Of a stretch of DNA of 64,000 bases, positions 1-12,558 are shown one piece after another; position 1 is the first letter of the stretch; every line of letters starts with the position of its first letter. Below the pieces are notes generated by a model that was not told the DNA's origin, searched no databases, and saw only the letters and a program-made list of their open reading frames with translations. The stretch comes from Phoronis australis (lineage: Eukaryota; Animalia; Phoronida). Position numbers and translations under genes: made by a program. The DNA lies in contig NMRA01000105.1 in NCBI GenBank assembly GCA_002633005.1, forward strand, positions 310,001-374,000. Reading direction: 5' to 3'.

Positions 1-4
1 TTCT

Positions 5-63
5 GGTGTGGGAGATGCATGATGGGAATTATGGTTTGGGAGATGCTTGATGAGAATTCTGTT
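5..63. repeat. 28-bp tandem repeat (~2 copies), intronic
   Basis: tgggagatgcatgatgggaattatggtt / tgggagatgcttgatgagaattctggtt. Confidence 0.7.
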
Positions 64-145
64 CTGCTTGAAAGCTAACCTTGCGCTGGAATCCTCGCGG
101 TCTCAGCTACATCCATATCTTCACTATATTTGGCTCTGTCTCTAG

Positions 146-275
146 GGCACTTCCAAAAGGTCACAAACTGACCTGGAACTTGAAGTGGAGAACATGGGTG
201 CCCACCTGAACGCTTACACGTCACGTGAACAGACAGTCTACTATGCTAAGTGCTTCTCCAGTGACATCGGCCGAG
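146..275 (+). CDS. PMPCB: PMPCB exon ([29 protein letters not shown]...)
   Basis: tctag| ... |gtacg; 130 nt. Confidence 0.93.
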
Positions 276-470
276 GTACGTCAACATCTGCTCTTATGGA
301 ATCACGGATGGACTATCAAAAATACTATTTCCATTAACTCTGCACATGTTTATTGCTTGATTTTTAGGCCATCTTACTTTGATCCTAGTGACTGTTGACT
401 ATTCGGTGAAACAACAGTCTTACCTGTTGTAATGCATATATTCAGGTCATGTGGAACAATTAACAATACG

Positions 471-513
<43 letters not shown>

Positions 514-3500
514 ACGCACCACCTTGCCAGATTATAAAAAAGAATGTATTTTCGTCACTGATCCATCAAGTGAACATGGAGTGACCCATTGACCTCGTCA
601 AGTTGTGTAAAACCTTCATCACTCTTCATCTTGTTTCAGCCGTAGAAATTCTGTCAGATATCCTCACCAACAGCACTCTCGGGGAGCAGGAGATAGAGAG
701 AGAAAGGAGCGTCATCCTACGGGAGATGCAGGTCAGTTCACGCCGCACGCCATCATCAATATATTTGTTGGTTTTGTGTGTATAGATTATAGAACGTAAC
801 TGGACCTTCTCATTTATATTACATTTGAATTGATCAGTAGTTTTATGGTTGACAAGTTGGCATGTCAGAAAATAACACCTGAATGGTTTTGAAACTGTCA
901 CTTGTGGCGGACAACAAATTCTCCTGAGTTGCTGAATTCTCAGTGTAATGTAATGCTGTTATCGATCTTTTTGTGAAATGTGGAAGGTTCCAGTTACTTT
1001 TGTTATTCATTTTGCGTACTCGATTATCCACGAAACTGTGTAATGGTATGAGTGTATCCATTCTCATCTTCCTGCCTTGTTTGTTTAGTCATGGATTCAA
1101 TTCAAGAAAAATTAAATTACACACTTTCCTGTTGTTGAAAAGAGTCACTTCTGAGAAATGTTTTTCCAAATCACTTTTCAGGCTGTGAAGGGCCACTCAC
1201 TTCTTGCCCACGATCAGCACTACTTTTCTCCTGTATTATTCAATTTGTCTGTTGAAATTGTCAGTAAAGGATAATTTTGAATGTGGGTACTCTTGCTCTA
1301 CGCTAGCTGGAGATGTGCTTCATTCAGTCTTTAGATGTCCATCCTTTCGAGAGCTGTATTATGGAAAAGTTGCATTACCTGTGCGAATTAATGGCTTGTT
1401 ATGGCTCTAGTTCTTTCAGTTTTCATCTGATTTGGCTTACTCAGACATATTACCAGTACCAATGGATGCTTCTGCTTTGAAATTCCTTTATTGTCTGTTT
1501 TGTGATGTTTTTCTTCACCTGTGCTCTACTTTTCACAATACACGTTCAGGCTGGATTGCATAAAAATTTGTACTGGATAAATTTAAATTTAATTTTATGT
1601 GAAGCCAAATCATTGTTCAAAAATAGAACAGGGCGCATCATATTGCAACATCATTGGTGTTATCTTGCATGTAAACTTTAATGCAGCCGGGCCCTGGTAA
1701 TTATTACAACTTGCTTTGCTCCCCCTAGAGGCTGTTTTGTGTCTGCTAATATTGCTCCCTCTAGTGGCAGCACTTAAAAAATGACAGTCTATTGTGTCTG
1801 TGCTGCACACAATGATGGTGGTGGGCATATATCAATACATTGCTCTTGTCTCTAGTGTGATATTTGGACAACACAAATCTGGTAATTATCGCATCTTGTG
1901 TGATTTGTAGGAAGTGGAGACTAACTTACAGGAGGTTGTATTTGACCACCTTCACTCCATGGCATACCAAGGGACATCTCTGGGCCGCACCATATTGGGG
2001 CCTTCAGAGAACGTTAAGTAAGTGTGACTAATTGTCACCGTGACATTGCGTCTGTCATTCCAATGGGACATAGTTTGTTACATGGGAATCGGGATAATTT
2101 CTTGACATGTTGATAGTATGTCTATGTCTGTGATGTACCTGCAATTCAAATGAATCGTTGTGAGCAATGAGATGGAATCGCTCACTTCCTGTCCAAACAA
2201 ATCTTTTTACATAAATACTAATAATTTGCCTGTTTCTAGCCTGTATCTGTATTATTTAATGTTAAAGCCTGTTTCAGTGCCATTTCTGAGAACTTATTGT
2301 TTTAAATTATGTTTAGCGCATAGTGGACTCCTGTGTTTTCGTTTTGTGATGTAATAAGTTGCTATTTACTCGTTAACACCAGGGACTGAAGAGAGTTCAT
2401 TGAGGTTTTTTAACAGAAACTTTTGTTATCACTATCTTAATTAGTATCAGTGTTGCAATTTTGGTGTGGCTGAATTAGGGCTGCCATTTGCTAATGCATC
2501 TGATGTTTACCAGTATGAATACTGAAAAAGTTCTGTTCCAATCTTTAGGTCTATCACTCGGGCTGACCTGGTAGAGTATATCACTAACCATTACAAAGGT
2601 CCTCGTGTGGTGCTGTCCGCAGCCGGAGGAGTAGACCACGACCAGCTAGTCTCTCTGGCCCAGCAGCACTTTGGCACACTCAGCGCCACCTATGAGAACG
2701 AGATCCCCGACGTACAGGTCTGCCGATACACTGGCAGCGACATTCGCGTCCGCGATGATGACATGCCACTCGCTCACGTGGCCATCGCCGTGGAGGGCAC
2801 TGGCTGGGCCAACGGAGATAACATCCCCCTGATGGTGGCCAACACCCTAATCGGCTCCTGGGACCGGTCGTGTGGTGGTGGACCCAACTTGGCTAGTCGC
2901 CTGGCTGCGGCCAGTGCCGACGGTAACCTCTGTCACAGCTTTCAGTCATTCAACACATGTTACACTGACACTGGTTTATGGTAAGTATGTCTTGACTTAT
3001 CAATCTCCATCACTTTACATCTGTGTAATAGTTAATTACTGGTTTGAAATATGACCAATTAAAGCTGCTTTCAAAAATCGATCTAGATATCCTGCTGTTA
3101 GCAAACTCGTCCTTATTCAGAGTAGGGTTGATTTTTTTGGCTTTGGAAGAGTTGGTAGTTTCTTGTTTTGGCGGTCAGTCTCAATGAGTTTGCTTGACTC
3201 AACGCGTCGTTCTATTTGCTGAGCATTGATGGCCTCTCAATTCTTCCCAGGCTCAGAAATCACTTTTATGCTGTGTAAGGAACACATTAATACAGTTCCA
3301 CAATTATGAATGGTGTACATCAAAATATAATCTGTTATGGCATGAGGCATGTTCAGGGCAGCTTTAAAGGATCGAGTAAATCTAGTATGTGAACCCATGT
3401 GTTGGCTGGTCACATGCTAAACCTGCTTTACTTGTAATTAAGCGTCTGTAGTGCAAGAGGCTACTACATTTAGAAACTGATAGTTTTGAGTAATATTTTC

Positions 3501-6268
3501 AAACCACTCCGAGTAGATTAGTTTGTGTGAAAATGATGTTGATAAGGCTAGTCTGTGTGAAAAGGATGTTGATTAAGCTTTTAAAGCTGAGACAATAGCG
3601 GATTTCACATTTCTTAAAGGAATAAATACATATGGTCATTCATTCGTTCACTTGAAACCAGTATCTGACATTAAGGAGTATTAGGAGTTCTTCATTGTGG
3701 TCACTAATGAGGTTAGTGATCTAACTGTGTGTGTGTGAAGCGTTAAAGCAGGGAACATCAAAGTGCCTTCACTTCTGTTCATTGAGACGACGTTTGTTGA
3801 TAAGGAAAACATTCACAGAGTTAATGCCCTTAGACTTCTACATGCTGTAATGTGTTTTGAAACTGCAATAATGTTAACCAGCGTATCAATTACTCATCAA
3901 GATCATAAAAATTCATTGGTTCATTCTAGACTGTGTGTATTTTTTACTCTTTTAGAATTTGGGACTTAATATTAGACTCCATTTTGGTGACCAAATATTG
4001 TCGCTTCTTTCAATTATTAGTTTTTTAACTGCTGATTAGATGGAAATTGTCCCAGTGTGTGAGCCCGACCAGTTAGACTCTGTGGCGTTCAACATCTCAT
4101 AAACATTTCTGCGTCCACCCAGGGGTGTCTACGCGATGTGTTGGCCTGACCCCTTTTAGACACCATGGCGTTCAACATCTCATTAACATATCTACCACCT
4201 CCCCAGGGTGTTTTCACAGTGTGTGAGCCTGATCAGTTAGGCATTGTGTTTAAGATCTCATTAACATGTGGTTTATAGTGAAACCAAAACCTCACATCAA
4301 TAGGTCTTTGCTTACTGATGCACTAATCTTAAAGTTTGTGCTCATGTTTTGGTCAAAAACAAATGTGATTAACATATTTGCCTCCTCCCCAGGGGTGTCT
4401 AACGGTGTGTGAGCCCAACCAGTTAGATCCCGTAGTGTTTAACATCTCATTAACATATTTGCCTCCTCCCCAGGGGTGTCTACATGGTTTGTGAGCCTGA
4501 CCAGTTAGACACCATGTTGTTCAACATCCAGCAGGAGTGGATGAGGCTGTGCATGAATGTGACTGAGTTTGAGGTGCAGCGGGCCAAGAACCTGCTCAAG
4601 ACCAACATGCTGCTCCAGTTGGATGGGTCTACGCCCATCTGTGAGGACATTGGCAGGTACGTACACACACTGGGTGTGGATGTGAAGAGCGCGTCTGTAG
4701 GATTTGTATTTTCCATTATTCCTCAGGGTAGTGAAGTTGCCAAGTCTATGCATAGTTGGTTTACATTTGATGGTATTGTGTGTTTTCTTAATTTCACACG
4801 GTGACAAAAAACCCTCTGCTAAACTTTGAAATACCCTGTCTAACTCGGGACACACTATATGGTTGTGAACTAAGCCATTAATGTACCTTTGCAAATTGTT
4901 GTTCTTAATATTTACGTATGTATTGTTTTTCTTAATGTGTACGTGTGTAAATTGTTGTTCTCAATATGTGCGTTTGTGCTGACATCTGCACAGTTTTGAC
5001 TTCAACTCTGTGCCACAATAAGGTATTGTTTGAGTGCACTTTAGAGGGCGCTGTCTCTGTGTTGTCATTGCACTCCTGCCTCACTGACCCTGGTCCCTAT
5101 GTTATGTAGGAAGAATATAGTGAGACTTCAAACACTTAAATTTTACCATGTCTTAAAATGAGCATGTAAATGTGATACAGTAAAACTGGTGCAAGTCACA
5201 TTTTGCCTACCTCCACGATACTGTTGTTCTTGTACGTGCAGTCAACCTTCAGATAAGTTGGATTTTGCCGTACGTGTGTAAAATATCTCGGTCTGACTAG
5301 ATCCAACTTGTGCCAGTTGTCCTGTATATAATCTTTATACTATTTAACTAGTGATGGTGTACTTGAAATTGTAAACAATGGATTGCTATTATTCTTATTT
5401 TCAATTTTAGACAAATCCTTTGCTATGGACGGCGTGTGCCCCTACCTGAACTGGAGGCCAGAATTGATGCGGTCAACGCTGACATGATCAAGAAAGTGTG
5501 TATGAAATACATTTATGACCAGTGTCCCACCGTGGCTGCAGTAGGTAAGTGCAGGCTGTGTCCAGTCTGTCAGATGTCAAATTTTGCTCAAAAATCATGA
5601 TACAGGACTGTACATTATGTGGCACAAAGTGAAGTGAAGCAGTGGGTGAAGTGAAGGCTTGTATGGCCATTGAAAGACCTTCAGCAATTTTGTGCTACCA
5701 AAGGGCAAACATATTCTGTGAGATTTCCGTCCATACCGCATGATAACGTGCCTAATTTATAACGTACGCTCAGAAGTATTTCATTCCACAAGTCCTGTGG
5801 CAAATTTATTGCGTAGTTGTTGCAGCGAACATCAGTAAAAACGAACATATTAGACATGGGGAGATTGGCTGTGACTCTGTTCGACTGTATTTAGGGTACC
5901 AGTCCTGGTCATAATCTAAGTCTTGGAACTGTACTTGAAAACTATGGCTTGTGATGTTGCTGCTGAAACGCTGCAAAGCCCCACCATCGTACCCCAGCTA
6001 AATGAAGTGTTGATCAAACGTCACCTCATTGTTGCTTTTTTTGCATTAATTTTTAGTTGTACAGATCATGGAATTTTTGTGGTGTGATCAAAGTATTGAA
6101 AAGTGGACGTCTTTTTCTTGGAAACTTAAAAGTTGAATACAAATGAAATCATTATTGAATGAAGATGTCTTAAAAATGGTGTCTCCTATTTGCTACTCTG
6201 CAGGTCCCGTGGAAGGTCTACCAGAATACAACAGAATTAGAAGTGGCATGTGGTTGATGAGGTTTTAA
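146..6268 (+). CDS. PMPCB: Mitochondrial processing peptidase beta / cytochrome bc1 core 1 (M16 family), 3' part: 7 exons, 380 aa; N-terminus upstream of window
   Basis: Exons 146-275, 640-731, 1911-2017, 2549-2980, 4474-4656, 5411-5544, 6204-6268 are all GT-AG with matching phases (1143 nt). Motifs: [72 protein letters not shown]. The HxxEH motif is outside the window, so PMPCB versus UQCRC1 is not fully resolved. Confidence 0.93.
481..511. repeat. (CA)n microsatellite
   Basis: Pure CA run. Confidence 0.95.
640..731 (+). CDS. PMPCB: PMPCB exon ([12 protein letters not shown]...ILREMQ)
   Basis: ttcag| ... |gtcag; 92 nt. Confidence 0.93.
1911..2017 (+). CDS. PMPCB: PMPCB exon ([31 protein letters not shown]...)
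   Basis: tgtag| ... |gtaag; 107 nt. Confidence 0.93.
2549..2980 (+). CDS. PMPCB: PMPCB exon ([11 protein letters not shown]...TDTGLW)
   Basis: tttag| ... |gtaag; 432 nt; overlaps ORF 2607..2984. Confidence 0.95.
4051..4528 (+). repeat. ~82-bp tandem repeat of the PMPCB acceptor plus exon start (~5 copies, one interruption)
   Basis: Repeated cattaacat...cctccccag|gggtgtcta...tgtgagccYRaccagttaga...ttcaacatc. Confidence 0.9.
4474..4656 (+). CDS. PMPCB: PMPCB exon ([11 protein letters not shown]...ICEDIGR)
   Basis: cccag| ... |gtacg; 183 nt; only this acceptor of four similar ones keeps the frame open. Confidence 0.92.
5411..5544 (+). CDS. PMPCB: PMPCB exon ([19 protein letters not shown]...PTVAAV)
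   Basis: tttag| ... |gtaag; 134 nt. Confidence 0.93.
6204..6268 (+). CDS. PMPCB: PMPCB last coding exon ([21 protein letters not shown])
   Basis: tgcag| ... TAA; typical MPP-beta C-terminus. Confidence 0.93.
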
Positions 6269-6554
6269 CTGGCCAATAGGTGGAGCCTGCGTCTGGTGTT
6301 ATTTATATCCTAGTTACCCTTGTGTGATGATGTGCAGGATGCTGTAGGAGGTGGATGAAAAAGTGGAATAGAGATGACATTTGAATACAGTGAAAATGTG
6401 TCCTGTTTTGAATTCTAAAAATGTTGAAATAGCGCAAAACAAATTTCCTACCATAGATGAAGAATTCAGTGTTGTTGCTTTTCTCAATTTCATCAAAGTT
6501 CACGTATATGCTGCCAAGTCACACATTTTCTTCTGTAGTTTCTTGAACATATGT

Positions 6555-6560
6555 AATAAA
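6555..6560 (+). terminator. Probable polyadenylation signal of PMPCB
   Basis: AATAAA ~290 nt after the stop, followed by a T/GT-rich tract. Confidence 0.6.
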
Positions 6561-9500
6561 TTTTAATATTATTCCTTGTGTTTTCATGTTAATGTTGTCT
6601 GATAGATAGCAGAATGTCCCTTGAGCTCCAGGTATTGAAAATTATTTCTGGAAGCTGACCCACCTAAGACATTTGGGAATGGAGGTTCATGTATTAACAG
6701 TTGGGTCAAGAATTATAATTTTAGTGGATTCTTTGATTTCTCAGTAGATGATGCAAATTATCCCGTTTGAGGCCTTGCGTTTTGTAGCTACACAGGTACC
6801 TAAATTATGTTTTAATGTGTTGAGACCTAACCTGTTGGTGTAAAGAAAAAGGTAAACGATATTCGCACTCTACATTTGAAGCTTGGGACTTCTACGGGCA
6901 TGGAGACGACTTCTGGTATTATTGCGTTGATGCTGGGTTGCTCTGATGGCTGTTCTCAGCGGGATTTCTCTTGGGTCTGTCTCACACCGTCAAAACGCAT
7001 TAGGAATTTAGGTCTGGTTAAAATATTTGTTAAAGATGAATTGCCTGGAGATTTAGTTGTGAAAAAGTGAAATTCGAAAGGCATGTTGTGGCTCCAGCTA
7101 ATATCAAGAAGTCAAATACCTATATAATTATAAGTTCCTTAGGCCTCACTGCAGGGGTCAATGCAATTTTTTGAGCAAGTAGAAAAAAATATTTGAATTT
7201 ATGCCCACAGTATACCATAGTGCTATGTGGTGATTTTAAAAACCACACGGCTTATGAAAGTGATTTTGCGAAATAGGATGATTCAGAATTTCGTCATTAA
7301 TGACTTGCCATGAAAAACCATAATTACCTATGCCTTTACTTATAACACCGCTTGTCGGTTTTCAATGTTTTCAATTAGAGCGTCCTTTTATATGCGCCTA
7401 CATTAACATATTTATATGTGGGTGCATACCGCCATCATCTCTGTCCCGCGTACGCTGCTGAAACTTGTAAATACCTTGCAGGATCTTAAGATTTGCCAGA
7501 TGTGTATCAACAAAGTATACGACGACGGATTTCGGGCCGATCCGACTACCGCTCTGCCCCTGGTGGCAACCTGAATCCATGCAAACTGGTGTATTTTTTG
7601 CTTAGATATGTTTTGAAGACTTGTTAAACCTGGAACATGGCCAATTTTGTGAGCAAGAGTGGTCACAAAATTGAGACGAATTGGGTGTTTTTTTTTTTTA
7701 AATACAGAGAGTTGACGCAACAAATTTTCATTTTTGGAGTTAAGTCAATTCGAGAGATAATAATATGACACCTAATTTCTAAATTCATGCAAGCCATGTT
7801 TCCAGATTGCTGGATTTTGCCTGATTCTTCTGTGCAGGCACTCTTCAAACATTCACTTCAATTTTTTTAGAATAATTGTCAAGATATATTCGAAACAGTT
7901 GTATCATGCACACGGAATACAGATACAACGAATGTTTGCCTTAACTTTCATTTTAAACAAATTTATCCCACTGCCTTTTGGAAACCGAAATGGTAGGAAT
8001 TCTAACAGTAATGGTTGATAACTAAAATGAAAAATCCTGGCATGCAATTGTTCTAGGCTTTGGTGACTGGTTAACACAAAAATGTTTACGCTAATATGAT
8101 CATCTGTATTTCTAAAAAACATTTCAGACGGCACGGGTCTGATCGGTCGAAATTTTTTAACAATTCTAGTCCACTTTTTGCGAGTTCGAGATTATATTTG
8201 ATGACCTCTTGATTCGAGTAAAAACTCAAGATTTCTAGTAAAAACTCGAAATTTTTACTACAGACGTTAGGTACAGTAAGTACTCGAATACAGAAAAAGG
8301 ATGCTCATTTTGAGTTCTCTTTGCCACTGGTGCAGACATAATTATTCAACAGAGTTTGCCAAACGTAAAATTGTTGGCGACCAATGATTGTGGCTGAAAT
8401 GAGAGCGGGCAAGCTGGAGGCACTGCATGAACATGAGGCAGGGAGAGGGGAGCCGGGCAAGCCTAAAACTCAAATGAATTTCTAACAGCGGAAAGTTGAA
8501 CAGGGGGTAGCCCTGTTGTGCGCTTCATGGATATGATAACGCCCAGCCCTAATAGTTAGCCTATCCCCAACCTAAACCATATTTTTCTACATCAGTAAAA
8601 TAAAGTCCACGATAGACAAATTTCTAGGCATGGGGTTTTGTAGCCTATGAGTGCAACATTTCCAGAGACGCATTAATGATATCACGCTTTTTAAAATTTT
8701 GATGCAGTGTGAAGTTGTTTCCCGCCAATGCGAATGTTCTGAGGCATATCACACTGCCCAACTCTTGCCGCAAGGAGGCGCCCTTAATTAATAGAGTCAA
8801 ATTTGTTGTTTTAAAAAGCTGTTAGAAAAGACCAAAATGTTGACCAAATTCACTACTGGATGATGTTGATAATTACCACAAAAATGAAATACAAATAACA
8901 TGTTGCTCAAAACACTAAGGAAATGCTAAGGCAATGGTAATGGTCACCTTCAGGGGCCTCGTATTTTGATAACCAATGTTTTCCAATGAATAACAGGCAT
9001 CATACTGGTTCTACAAAGAGAAAGAGGGGGGGCGGGGGGCTTTTTGCTGACATTTAATTCCCCGTAAATAATGACTGCATAGTTGTGTTATCGGAAAGGT
9101 TAAATTTTCCATAAAGCCTCCCACCAATAACTGTGCCTACTCACAAAAGGGTGATATTTCATCTTATTGGCTATACAAAAGGGTGGGTATAGTCCTAATT
9201 TCACAGCACCCCCTCAGAAATAGTTGAATACCTCGCACGACGGGTGTCAAGGGCATTGTTGAATGGCACCATCAACAACGATAATGTCAGTTATGCTATT
9301 GCTAGACTGTACCATTGACTGTATTTCCATACTCCTAACAACTATTAGCAGTACTAGTGTGCTAGTATAGTATGCAATGGCAATGAATAGCAGTATTTCA
9401 TCGCATATTCTTGACTGACCCAGTAGTTCAACCGTCATGGTATTCACGGGACGTACATGTATCTGTGTACACAGTGAATGCATGTCGCGTAGCTTTATTG

Positions 9501-10295
9501 ATTACTGATAAAAAATAACCATAGCACTGTTCCATATAATACCGAACATATTGAAGGTACGGTTCTTTGGTTCCACAAAAACTTAGTATTTTCAAATGGA
9601 ACCCAGGAATACACATAGTCTCGTATTTGTATTAACAGCGTAACTAGTGTTACAGACTGCTTTTTGTTGATTGATTCTTCTGCGCTTGTCTAGAGCGCTA
9701 CCTATGTTTGGTGTGCTTCAGGCTTTTTGACACTGTATTACCTGCATGCAGTGTATAAAGTTGGCGTGTGCCACACGTTGGTAAAATGCATATCGTCTGC
9801 AATGAAAAGGGCATATTCTATCAACATAATCTGTTTTCGAATCCCCACCGGTTTCAACTAATAAGTCGTGGTTTCCACAACGAATACTCGACGTAGTTTG
9901 GATAAATAGTACACGCTGCAAACTAAATTGAATGCATGGCCAGGAGCGTGAGAGGGGGTGGACAGGAGGGCCAGCAGCCTCGGTTTCGTGGCAGTTCAGG
10001 ATGCCCGCCGGTGAAGGAAAAAACATGAAAACAGCACAATAAATAACAAAAGTTCCAAATGTTTGGACTGGTCGGCCTCAGTCGGACAAGGAAGAAACCC
10101 ACGTGCATGTGACTGTTGACAGTTGGTAAAAGAAGAGACTACAATGTGGATAACGCAGCTCTGTATATCATGCAACACCGTTGGGCTGCGGGCATTTTGA
10201 ACAACAAAATAAATGTTCTAAACGAAAACTAATTTGTCAGTGGCATCCTTGCCCGAAAAATAGCCGCGTATCATCCGGTCAAAACTGTAGTATTA

Positions 10296-11297
10296 CAGTG
10301 GCGGATCTAGGATATCACAAGGGGGGGCCCAACATTTTGTCCGGCTGTAAGCATTTGCGCAAACTGAACCACGATTGTAGATGCGCATAGCACCGAATGG
10401 GGGAAGGTCGGCAGGGGGGCTTGCTCAGGAAATTTTTCTGTTTTTACCTCTAAAAATCAAGCATTTTCCTTGTTTCCTGAAGTATTATCCAAGAAAAAAC
10501 ACACGGAGAACATGTCAAACAGGAAAAACAGAGGTACCAAAGACTCGAACTCACGACCTACCGGGTAGCGAGCGCGTGCGTTACCACTACACCACCACGA
10601 CTTAACTGCTAATAACACACTAAAAGACTTACTTGTTTATGGTCCACAGCGTTTGCGCGCGAAACCTACTTCTTTTCGTAATGCTTATTACACGTTTTAT
10701 ATTTTGTGCCATCGATTCTTAACAAATTTGTCGTATTTAAAATAGCCTTCAAATGTCCAAAAGACCAAATCCGTTTTTCGTGTTGGCAATAATGACGGGA
10801 TTGCTTTGGAAATCGTCTTAAGTTAAGGTTTGACAAAGAGAGTATTGCGAGTTTCTGAGTGATTCACTACGGCTTCGATTAAAATTCACATCTTACCAGC
10901 AGCTTCTGTTTTTTCATCGTCACTCAGGTTCCATTCTCTTTAAAAAATGAAGTAATTTTCTTCATTGCACAGTGAAGAAGACGATGGAAACGGAGTCGTA
11001 GTGCGCAGCGCCACTGCCGGTCGCCTTGGATATCGCGGGAGAGCCTATACTTACCCATAGTTCCGTTATGAATGTGCCGTGTTCCGAATTTGACGCTTGA
11101 AATTGGGTTTGAGCCCCCCCCCCCCAAACCACTAAAACTGCACACATTTAAATCTTGTTTCATCCGTATAATTTTAATTACCGGGGTTAATTAATAAACT
11201 CACCATTTCCCTACGCTCTTACTGTGTTATTTTTTTTGCGGCAGCCAAGGGGGGGGGGGGGCCGGGCCCCCTGGGCCCCCCCCTAAATCCGCATATG
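10296..11297. mobile_element. Non-autonomous hAT-like TIR element with 5-bp TSD
   Basis: Ends CAGTGGCGGATCTAGG / CCTAAATCCGCATATG; TSD TATTA on both sides; GGGGCCCC-rich subtermini; internal MKKITSFFK fragment. Confidence 0.75.
10533..10601 (-). mobile_element. tRNA-derived SINE head or tRNA pseudogene
   Basis: Reverse complement has A box TGGTGTAGTGG and B box GTTCGAGTC at tRNA spacing; acceptor stem does not pair well. Confidence 0.55.
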
Positions 11298-12020
11298 TAT
11301 TAAAGCTGGTGGATCCTACTTGTACTGTAGGCCTACTCCAAGGATAAGTTTACGCAAATGCACTTTTTCAATCGTACTCCTTAAAACTCGTACTTCTGAG
11401 TCATGACATTGTGATGGACATATCACTTTATCAAATAATTCAAATCCGGGCAGTTGCACTGGAAAACTTTCAACGTTTGTAAAGCATATGCGTCCCTATC
11501 TTGCGTGAAACAAGGTATAACGCTTATGATCTCAACGAAGAAAAGTAAGTGACAATATTATTAAAAACAAAGAGATTTTTCAACTTCGACATGCTTTGAC
11601 GTCTATGGTAAGGAATATTATGAAACAAATTTTATCAGTGTAAACCCTTAGTTCGATTTTTTAGACAATGTCGTCATTGACTTGTGTACAGTTTGAGTCT
11701 TGTGTTTATTTATGTACGTGTAATAGTTTTACCACTGAATAGTTTCATAAGGTTGATAGAGTTGATTAGTAGTTTCTTTTTTTCTCGAGTAAGAACATAT
11801 TTACCCTTGACATTTTCGGCTCCTATCAGCTACCATCTTTCGAACCTGTTGAGTTTGAAAGTAATCTAAGATCTAGACAGATAGAGAGTCAATCTTGGTC
11901 AGGAAAGTGGATCAGTAATGAACAGGGACGATTGTGGTAATACGTTGTCTAAAATTTAGAACAGCCGGATCACCACGCTACCAAGCGTCCAATAACTTCC
12001 GGAATTGATGGCTGCTGATA

Positions 12021-12193
12021 GTAACCTGGTTCCCGGGCCTCACAAGCTGACGTCACGGATTGCTTGTGAAGGCGCAGACCTCAACCAACCTCGTAGTCTC
12101 CTACACAGACCCACGAGATCAAGCAATCCGTGACGTCAGCTTGTGAGGCCCGGGAACCAGGTTACCAACCTCGAAGGTCTGTGCAGGAGACTA
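12021..12193. repeat. Perfect 46-bp inverted repeat interleaved with an 18-bp inverted repeat
   Basis: Arms 12021-12066 / 12120-12165 (perfect) and 12094-12111 / 12176-12193 (17/18). Confidence 0.9.
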
Positions 12194-12389
12194 ATAGGAG
12201 CCGAAACTGTCAATGGTAAACATGTTCTTACTTTTTATAAAAAAGAAACTTCTACTCATCGTATAATAATTTTAATTGTGCTTATGTAGGCGTGACACCG
12301 AAATCATTAAATCGTTTTGATTAAAGCTGAGAATTTATTTGTTGGGATTTTGGATTCGAGATTACCAACGACAAGTAACTTCAGGCGTG

Positions 12390-12517
12390 CGTTCAGTAGA
12401 CGCTAGGACCTAGCTAAAACCTAGTCAAAGTCACGTGCTGTCATTAAAATACACGGCCATATCTCACGTAATCTCGCGAAGTCTTGCTTTTTAGCGAGGT
12501 CCTAGCGTTACTGAACG
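12390..12517. mobile_element. Short foldback / MITE-like element
   Basis: ~29-bp imperfect TIRs cgttcagtagacgctaggacctagctaaaa / ttttagcgaggtcctagcgttactgaacg. Confidence 0.65.
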
Positions 12518-12558
12518 GGAGGCGGGATTACTTCGGGATCACACATCGACCGCCCGCA

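Noticed and set aside
4505-4894. 129-aa and 78-aa minus-strand ORFs
   Set aside because: Antisense to the PMPCB exon.
10533-10601. Functional tRNA gene
   Set aside because: A and B boxes are present, but the acceptor stem does not pair convincingly.
12484-12558. N-terminal extension of ORF 12484..12894
   Set aside because: It starts at TTG inside a foldback element. Homology with paralog 2 begins at ATG 12559.
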